DNA from: Candidatus Micrarchaeota archaeon
Lineage (GTDB): Archaea; Micrarchaeota; Micrarchaeia; Anstonellales; Bilamarchaeaceae
Length of the DNA stretch: 64,000 nucleotides
Assembly: GCA_043812915.1 (NCBI GenBank)
Contig: JBDRLQ010000012.1
Span: forward strand, 1 to 64,000
Reading direction: 5' to 3'
Below the pieces are notes generated by a model that was not told the DNA's origin, ran no database searches, and saw only the letters and a list, made by a program, of their open reading frames with translations. This document shows positions 57,514-64,000 of the stretch, in pieces. Both the position numbers and the translations under genes were made by a program. Each line of letters begins with the position of its first letter. The first letter of the stretch is position 1.

Positions 57514-57764
57514 TTCTTTTTTGTGAGCGTCTTTGTGGATGCGATGAACCAGGCCCTGTGCACAAAGATATGGATTATCGCAAGGATTCCGAACGCAACT
57601 CCGCTCCAGTCATGCACCGTATTTATTGCCAGTATCGGCACTGCGTCATAGGACAGTCCAACCGCCCGAATTAGCCCGGGTATCTTGATAATCCCTGTGA
57701 TAAAAACAAGCAGGAACGCTATTCCAAGGGAGACATTAATCAGGTATCTTCTTGCGAGTCCCAT
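57510..57764 (-). CDS. DUF4405 cytochrome-b-like membrane protein
   Basis: ITGII, VHDWSG, IHIFVHRAW. Confidence 0.8.
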   Translation of the reverse strand: MGLARRYLINVSLGIAFLLVFITGIIKIPGLIRAVGLSYDAVPILAINTVHDWSGVAFGILAIIHIFVHRAWFIASTKTLTKKN

Positions 57765-57769
57765 GATAA

Positions 57770-59098
57770 TCACTCAAGTACCTGCATATACTCTTTTATT
57801 ATCCCTTCCGCCCGCTCCTTTGTCCGTGCCTCAGCGAAAACCCTGATATAGTTCTCAGTTCCTGAAGCCCTGATAATCACCCATCCATCAGGAAGGTTCA
57901 CGCGCACCCCGTCAATATCGGTGTAATCAAGCCGGTTCTCCTTCGCGTAATCGAGCATCTTTGCGACAATCCGCTTCTTCTTCTCGTCATCGGCCTTTAT
58001 CATCTTCTTCACATTGTGGTATTCCGGAACTTCCATGAGCCATTTTGACAATGGTCTCTCACAGATGCTCTCCACCATCTTGGCGGCGGTCAGGAGTCCG
58101 TCTTTGGCTAAGCTCATCTCCGGCCAGATTACCCCTCCGACCTCTTCGCCGCCCATCACGCATTCGCCCTTTGCGACCTCTTCGGAAAGGTAAGGCGCCC
58201 CAATCTTCGTGTAAATCGTTTTGCAGCCGGCACTCGCGGCAATGTCCTCTGCCGCCTTGCTTGTCGCGACAGTTGTAACGATATTCCCCTTCTTCTGCCC
58301 AAGCTTCCAAAGAACCGATAGCGCGAAGACCTTGTCGCCAATCACATAGCTGCCCGTTTCGTCAACAAACACGACTCTGTCCGCATCGCCGTCCCATGCT
58401 ATTCCCGCATCGGCATTTTCCTTCTTTACGCTCTCAATCAGCCCCCGCACGTTCTTCTCAGTGGGCTCTGAAGGCCTGCCCGGGAAATTTCCGTCAACCG
58501 TGCCGTTTATCACAACTGCCTCGGCGCCCAGCTGGCTCAGAAGCTTGGGCGCAATAAGCGCGGCCATGCCGTTTCCGCAGTCAAGGACAATTTTCGGTGC
58601 CCTCGCGCGGATAAGCGGGGATTCTACAAGCCCCTTTATCGCATCGATATGCTCCGGAATCGCATCAGGGTGCTGTGATATCCCTCCCGTCTTGTCCCAT
58701 CCGGCAGGGATGACTGAATCCATCAGCTTCTCAATCTCCTCGCCGCGCTCTTTAGAGACTGCAATCCCTTCCGAGTCAACCACTTTCAGCGCGTTCCACT
58801 CGGGCGGGTTGTGCGATGCGGTAATGATGATGCAGCCATCCGCCTTCAGTTTTTTCACCATGAATTCAGCGGTGGGCGCGGGGGCGAATCCCAAGTCGAT
58901 GACATCACAGCCAACGCTCATCAGGCCTGCGCTAACAGCATTGTGCAGCACTTCGCCGGTAATCCTACCGTCCCTTGCTAGCACTATCTTGCCGCGGCCG
59001 AAGTACACTCCCACGGCCTGCGCAACATTCAGCGCAAGCTCCGGCCCGAGCTTGTTGAACAAGCCCCTAACCCCATTGGTGCCGAAATAACGAGACAT
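57770..59098 (-). CDS. glmM: phosphoglucosamine mutase / phosphohexomutase
   Basis: FGTNGVRG, TASHNPPEWN, DGDADR, RASGTE. Confidence 0.92.
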   Translation of the reverse strand: MSRYFGTNGVRGLFNKLGPELALNVAQAVGVYFGRGKIVLARDGRITGEVLHNAVSAGLMSVGCDVIDLGFAPAPTAEFMVKKLKADGCIIITASHNPPEWNALKVVDSEGIAVSKERGEEIEKLMDSVIPAGWDKTGGISQHPDAIPEHIDAIKGLVESPLIRARAPKIVLDCGNGMAALIAPKLLSQLGAEAVVINGTVDGNFPGRPSEPTEKNVRGLIESVKKENADAGIAWDGDADRVVFVDETGSYVIGDKVFALSVLWKLGQKKGNIVTTVATSKAAEDIAASAGCKTIYTKIGAPYLSEEVAKGECVMGGEEVGGVIWPEMSLAKDGLLTAAKMVESICERPLSKWLMEVPEYHNVKKMIKADDEKKKRIVAKMLDYAKENRLDYTDIDGVRVNLPDGWVIIRASGTENYIRVFAEARTKERAEGIIKEYMQVLE

Positions 59099-59161
59099 GA
59101 TTTGTTCATTCTCCGGAAGAAGATTAAAAGATGCGCATTGATGCTATTGCAGGTGGATTAT

Positions 59162-59467
59162 ATGGGGATAATATCAGAATTCAGGGAATTTTTGAATGAG
59201 TATAAGGTTATGGGCCTTGCAATCGCATTCATAATCGGCGCCGCGGTGACTGCGCTTGTGAAATCGCTTGTGGACAATATCATAATGCCGTTTGTGGGCG
59301 TGGCGGTGCCATCCGGGGACTGGCAGGGCATCTCTTTGCAGCTAGGGCCTGTCGCCCTCAAGGCAGGCGCATTCCTTTCAGACCTGCTCTACTTCATTAT
59401 TGTGGCTTTTGCAGTGTTCCTGATAGCCAAGGTAGTGCTGAAAGAGGGGAAGGTCGCCAAAAAGTGA
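59162..59467 (+). CDS. mscL: MscL-family mechanosensitive channel
   Basis: EFREFL...GLAIAFIIGAA...SLVDNIIMP. Confidence 0.9.
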   Translation: MGIISEFREFLNEYKVMGLAIAFIIGAAVTALVKSLVDNIIMPFVGVAVPSGDWQGISLQLGPVALKAGAFLSDLLYFIIVAFAVFLIAKVVLKEGKVAKK

Positions 59468-59502
59468 CTGCTTTTTCTTTTTTTCTCTTTTATCTTTATC
59501 CA

Positions 59503-60036
59503 ATGGAAATCGAAGTATTCCGGCTCAGCCACCGCCTCCCAAGGGATGAGCGGATAAGCACGCATGTCGCGCTTGTTGCCAGGGCATTCGGCGCCTCATC
59601 GATGGCGTACTCGGGCCAGCAGGACGAAGGGCTCAAAAAGAGCGTTGAGCTCCTCGCAGGAAGGTGGGGCGGCTCTTTCACTGTGGAGTACATGCCGGAA
59701 TACAAGAAATACATAAAGGGGAAGAAGGACGACGGATTCACAATCGTGCACCTTTCAATGTACGGCCTTCCAATTCCTAAAGTCTCGAAGAAAATAATGA
59801 AGCACGATAAGCTGCTCATCATAGTCGGTTCGGAGCATGTCCCGCCTGACATCTACCATCTTGCGGATTACAACGTATCGGTCACAAACCAGCCGCACAG
59901 CGAGGTCGCCGCCCTGGCCATAATCCTTGACCGGCTGATGGAAGGAAAAGAGCTCACGCGTGAATTCGATAAAAAGTTCAAGGGGAAAATCCGGATAGAG
60001 CCCTCGGAAAAAGGAAAAGAAATACTGGAAGCCTAG
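59503..60036 (+). CDS. tRNA (cytidine56-2'-O)-methyltransferase aTrm56
   Basis: HRLPRDERISTHVALVARAFGA, HLSMYG, NQPHSEVAALA. Confidence 0.95.
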   Translation: MEIEVFRLSHRLPRDERISTHVALVARAFGASSMAYSGQQDEGLKKSVELLAGRWGGSFTVEYMPEYKKYIKGKKDDGFTIVHLSMYGLPIPKVSKKIMKHDKLLIIVGSEHVPPDIYHLADYNVSVTNQPHSEVAALAIILDRLMEGKELTREFDKKFKGKIRIEPSEKGKEILEA

Positions 60037-63000
60037 AACTCCCACTCGAATACGCACATTCCGCCAACCCGGATTCTGCCCATCCTGCGCTCCGCGCTTT
60101 CACTGGTTACATCATTCCACTCGGTGAGGCCGCCATAGGTGTCATCCGTATTATGGATATACAGGTTGAACATGAAGCGCAAGTCCCTCCTCGGGCTAAC
60201 TTCCACCCCTCCCTGCACAGCGACCGTGTCGCGCTCGAATATCTGATCCACTCCGGTTCCAGAGCGCAGTTCCTCCATGTGCCTGTATATGATGTCGGCT
60301 CGCGCCCTCCATGAGCTTCCGCGCCTGTCAATCCAGGTCACCATGGTCCCTGCGGCGAACCTCCAGGTGGTAATGTCGGATGCGGGTACAACATTCGCCT
60401 GCCAGACATTGCTGCCTTCTTCCCAGGTTAGCACGATGTAGTGCTGCATCCTGGCGCTGCGCACCGGGTGCCAGCCGAGAATCATTCCCTCAACGCGGTG
60501 CCTGTCGACCGCAAGCGTCGCCCCTTCTTCATCAATTTCTTCCTCATCTGTTACTTCTTCATCCTCGATTGGGGTGAACGTGCTGGTCCTCTGCCCGCCT
60601 CCAAGAATGCCGCCGATGCCGAACCTCTCATCCTGCCGTGTCCAGAGAAGCCCTCCGTAAATATTCTCGCCCTCCTCGTCATCCATCCAGTATCCCCCGG
60701 CGGTCGCTGCGATGGTAAGCTCACGGACAGGCACGACTACCCTTCCTCCGGCAGAGCCGAACGGGAGGGCTGTCATGTTGTAGCTCAAGGCGAAGGCCTC
60801 GTCCACTTCCACCCATCCGTTGATAAGGAGGTTGTGGTCATCGAACCCTCCATAGAGCGCCTCCAAGGCGGCCCTGGTCCGATCTCCGAACTCCTGCGTC
60901 CACTGCGCGGTCCCGAAGAATTTCTGCGCCCCCATAATCCCAAGCGCCGTCCGGAGAGCGCTGTAAACCTCAATCTCACGCTCGAGCCTGGTGATTTCTT
61001 CGCTTCTGGAAACCCCTTCACCGAGGTCTGCCGGAAGGCTGCTTCCGGTCCGCAGCTCTGCAATTTCCCTGTAGGCGCCCTCAAGGCGGCTGTTGATTTC
61101 CTCAATCCTCGTTATCAGCTCTGTCTGGGAATACATGCCGCTCAGCTGCACCCTTGTGTTCCCCGCGCGGATTCCGAAAATCGCCTGCAGTTCATGGTCC
61201 TCGTAATAGGGCTCGTACTGCCCGCCGACCATCCCGAATGTGCTGACATGCCCATCCGCATCCTCATCCGCGCTGTTGCTGTGGCTGAAGCCGACAAGCC
61301 CTCTAACATCCTCGAACGCCTCGGTGTTCGCAAGCGCCAGCATGTGAAGCCTGCGCACACCAAAGTTGGCGCTTCTCCATCCGAGGGTGAGGCCCAGCTG
61401 CTCCTGCCTCTCGCGGTAGATGCGCCTCTCGCTTAGAATCTCCTCTCCTTCAGCCAGGTCTTCTCCATAATCCCTCCATTCGGTCTGGAGAGCGCCATCA
61501 GTGTCAGTGTACTGCACTTCCACCTGCCTGATTGCGGTATCGACAATGTCCTGCCCGACCGCAAGCGCAGCTTCGATTACCCTCTGATCATCCTCCCTCG
61601 GGCCGCTCATCTGCACTATCGCCCCGCCGCCGCCTGTCCAGTCATCCGGCTGCTCCTCCTCGGTAGCAGAGCCATCCCCGACCGGCTCATAAACGCTTGT
61701 TGTTCTGTATCTCCTGGCGGTTGCGACCACATAACCAACGGTCCTAACGAATCCTCCAAGGGGCCTGTGGTCCCTGAACAGAAGGCTTATCCCGTTCGCG
61801 TATTCCTCCATTCTCCGGACCATCAGCGCGGCGCTCTCATCTTCTGGCAGGTCTGTCTCAAGCTCGTCAATCGCGCGCCCGAAATTCTCGATGTTGGCAA
61901 GCGTAACTGCAGGCGAGTTCAGCCCCAGAAGGTTGCTGATGTTCATTCCTACCAGCATCCCCTCAAGCTCTGTGCTGGTGCTCACTTCCACTTCCCGCTC
62001 TAGTTCTCCAGGTGTTTGCTCCCGCCTCGCTTCGTCCCCGAAGAGCACCCTCGCTTCTCCGAAGTCTCTCCATCTTTCTGGAACCTGCATGGCGATGAAC
62101 GCCCTCTGGAGCTGGTCATCTGAAACGTCGATGTATCCTACCCTGTACCAGCGGTTTTCGATTTTGGCATATGAGTGCACGCGCCAGTCGTGGCTCCCCT
62201 CGCTCTCCTCCTGCCATTCACCGTCAGTTTCAGAGCCGCTGCTCTCCGCCCTCTCAAGGCCGGTTATGTACAGCGCGCCGTCGGTGTCAGAGCGCCTTGC
62301 GTACCAGTCAAGCACTTCTGTGAGGCGGATGTCGGTCACTTCCGCGAGCCTGCGGTACGGGGTCTCGCTCCGGTCTGTCCTGAAGCTCTCGGTCGCGCTG
62401 AACCTGCTTCTTCCGGTTGCCAGGTCCTCATCGAAGTAAGGCATGTCCTCTATGAAAATCTCCTGCGTGGCCGCCCATGTCTCGCTCTCGCTCATGGTCT
62501 CCAGGTCCTCTGCGGTATTATACTGCAGGTCGGCTTCCAGCCTTCCTTCCTGCCTCGGCCCCCACACTGCCGCGTTCAGTTCAGCCCTCCCCCTTCCTGA
62601 GCCCTGCCTCATCTGCCTGTCCCCTTCGCTTCCACCGCTGACCTGCTCAAAGGATGCATGGTCCACGCCAACTCCCATGTAGCCTCCGGCTTGCCTTATG
62701 TCAATTGGGTAAATGAGCCTGTCGACCCCTTCAACAGAGGAGAGCCTCCGGAGCAGCGAAGATATCGACATCGGAATCATCGATATCACCCGGTAGCTCC
62801 TCTCAGGAACCAGGCTCACCGAGCTTGGCCTGAAGAATGCGAGGAACTCCTCATGCATATCTACATTCTGCCTCCACGAGCGCGTAAGGTCGGTGTCGCT
62901 CGAGCCAAGGAGCATCTCCTGGATTGTCTGCTCCCTCTCCTCGTCATCAAGCATGCTCATTCCTGAGAGCAGGCTTCCGTAATCGAATCCGGCGCGCACC

Positions 63001-63998
63001 CTGATGTCATCCTCAAGGATTGTTAGCGAGCCGGAAAGGTTGAAGTCCTGCGGCGCCCTTCTAGGGTGGATGTGCGATGGCCGAACAGCCCCGGAGCGCT
63101 CGGACATGAGCCGCATATACCTGCGCAGCATCTCTCCAAGCGTGCGCGTGTCGAACATGTCCTCACGCATGTCATCAGAGGTGTAGTCAGACGCCTGTGG
63201 GTAGCGGAGCATCATGTCGATTAGCTGGTTGTAATTGTCATTGTTGGCCTCATCGAAGTTCCTTGGCACCTGCTCCATCATGTACATGAACGCGACTCTT
63301 CCGCGCCCCGCGTAATCATACATGCTGGTATTGTGGATCGTGCTGGCTGTCGCGATAATCCTGTTGAGAATGGACACAACGCTGTTGTACGTGTCCGAAT
63401 ATTCGATTGAGAGCGGAATCGCGTAAATCATGAATCCGACATGGCCCCCCCTTCCGCTAGTCCTTATGAACAGCTCCACTTCATCAAGGATATATCTCAT
63501 CCTCTCCTGCTCGGTGGCATCCCTCTCAAGCGCGGTTGAGTCGCTGCCTTCCTCCTGCTCAAGCATTGTGAGGCCCGTCTCATCCCTTATCGCGGGGAAT
63601 GCGACAGCGCAGAAAGCGTACTGCGCAAGAAGGTCCATATTGTCAAGCATGTCGAGATAGAGTGAGCCGCCAAGATTCGCCTCCGCTTCCGCAAGGTCAT
63701 CTTCAGAATCCTCCAGGGAGGCTATCGCGTCTTCAACATCGAGCACCTCATCATCCCCAAGCGCGCGCTCGGGTCCGGTTATGAACGCCACATACTCGTC
63801 CCGTGCCCTCTGGAAATCGGAACTTTCCCTGATTGTCCTGTGCAGTTCGGCAAGCTTCCCGATTCCGCGCAGTCTGCCCATGCGCCTGCGGCCTTCCTCA
63901 TCAAATAGGCTGTGCCTTCCGATTCTGAGACTCTCAATAACATCCCAGTCATATCCGAATACTGTTTCTGTAAGAATGTCCGCAATCGCGACCCTCGC
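60033..63998 (-). CDS. giant hypothetical protein (>1320 aa, start outside window) with beta-strand-rich C-terminus
   Basis: The frame stays open from 63881 to the window edge (ARVAIADILTETVFGY...); the protein ends GGMCVFEWEF. Confidence 0.85.
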   Translation of the reverse strand, partial: ARVAIADILTETVFGYDWDVIESLRIGRHSLFDEEGRRRMGRLRGIGKLAELHRTIRESSDFQRARDEYVAFITGPERALGDDEVLDVEDAIASLEDSEDDLAEAEANLGGSLYLDMLDNMDLLAQYAFCAVAFPAIRDETGLTMLEQEEGSDSTALERDATEQERMRYILDEVELFIRTSGRGGHVGFMIYAIPLSIEYSDTYNSVVSILNRIIATASTIHNTSMYDYAGRGRVAFMYMMEQVPRNFDEANNDNYNQLIDMMLRYPQASDYTSDDMREDMFDTRTLGEMLRRYMRLMSERSGAVRPSHIHPRRAPQDFNLSGSLTILEDDIRVRAGFDYGSLLSGMSMLDDEEREQTIQEMLLGSSDTDLTRSWRQNVDMHEEFLAFFRPSSVSLVPERSYRVISMIPMSISSLLRRLSSVEGVDRLIYPIDIRQAGGYMGVGVDHASFEQVSGGSEGDRQMRQGSGRGRAELNAAVWGPRQEGRLEADLQYNTAEDLETMSESETWAATQEIFIEDMPYFDEDLATGRSRFSATESFRTDRSETPYRRLAEVTDIRLTEVLDWYARRSDTDGALYITGLERAESSGSETDGEWQEESEGSHDWRVHSYAKIENRWYRVGYIDVSDDQLQRAFIAMQVPERWRDFGEARVLFGDEARREQTPGELEREVEVSTSTELEGMLVGMNISNLLGLNSPAVTLANIENFGRAIDELETDLPEDESAALMVRRMEEYANGISLLFRDHRPLGGFVRTVGYVVATARRYRTTSVYEPVGDGSATEEEQPDDWTGGGGAIVQMSGPREDDQRVIEAALAVGQDIVDTAIRQVEVQYTDTDGALQTEWRDYGEDLAEGEEILSERRIYRERQEQLGLTLGWRSANFGVRRLHMLALANTEAFEDVRGLVGFSHSNSADEDADGHVSTFGMVGGQYEPYYEDHELQAIFGIRAGNTRVQLSGMYSQTELITRIEEINSRLEGAYREIAELRTGSSLPADLGEGVSRSEEITRLEREIEVYSALRTALGIMGAQKFFGTAQWTQEFGDRTRAALEALYGGFDDHNLLINGWVEVDEAFALSYNMTALPFGSAGGRVVVPVRELTIAATAGGYWMDDEEGENIYGGLLWTRQDERFGIGGILGGGQRTSTFTPIEDEEVTDEEEIDEEGATLAVDRHRVEGMILGWHPVRSARMQHYIVLTWEEGSNVWQANVVPASDITTWRFAAGTMVTWIDRRGSSWRARADIIYRHMEELRSGTGVDQIFERDTVAVQGGVEVSPRRDLRFMFNLYIHNTDDTYGGLTEWNDVTSESAERRMGRIRVGGMCVFEWEF

Positions 63999-64000
63999 GC

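Noticed and set aside
63779..63985. 68-aa ORF suggesting a frameshift or intron at the start of the giant gene
   Set aside because: The giant ORF's own frame is open to the window edge, so no break exists.

Overview
Gene-dense archaeal chromosomal segment, most likely from a DPANN Micrarchaeota genome. This is inferred from a ~390-aa three-unit epsilon2-type tRNA splicing endonuclease, archaeal information-processing genes and LLFGC-type lipoproteins. Housekeeping content: rps6e, aIF2-gamma, cdc6/orc1 (with a candidate origin upstream), priS/priL, PolD small subunit, psmB-aCPSF1, thyX, folD, prs, glmM, HMG-CoA synthase, geranylgeranyl reductase, aTrm56 and a copper-handling cluster. There are five tRNAs; four carry six introns in total, three at non-canonical positions, and one is a rare tRNA-Ile(UAU). 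Main finding: the RNase HII gene is interrupted inside its catalytic DEAGRGP motif by a 31-nt frame-breaking insert (33574-33604). The insert folds into a bulge-helix-bulge whose predicted cut sites restore the motif exactly, so it is a candidate tRNA-type intron in an mRNA, 3.4 kb from the endA gene. Other highlights: an HNH intein in a deoxyhypusine-synthase paralogue, and a set of almost lysine-free orphan proteins, including a >1300-aa protein with a beta-barrel-like C-terminus ending in Phe. All calls come from motif recognition by eye; no database searches were run.
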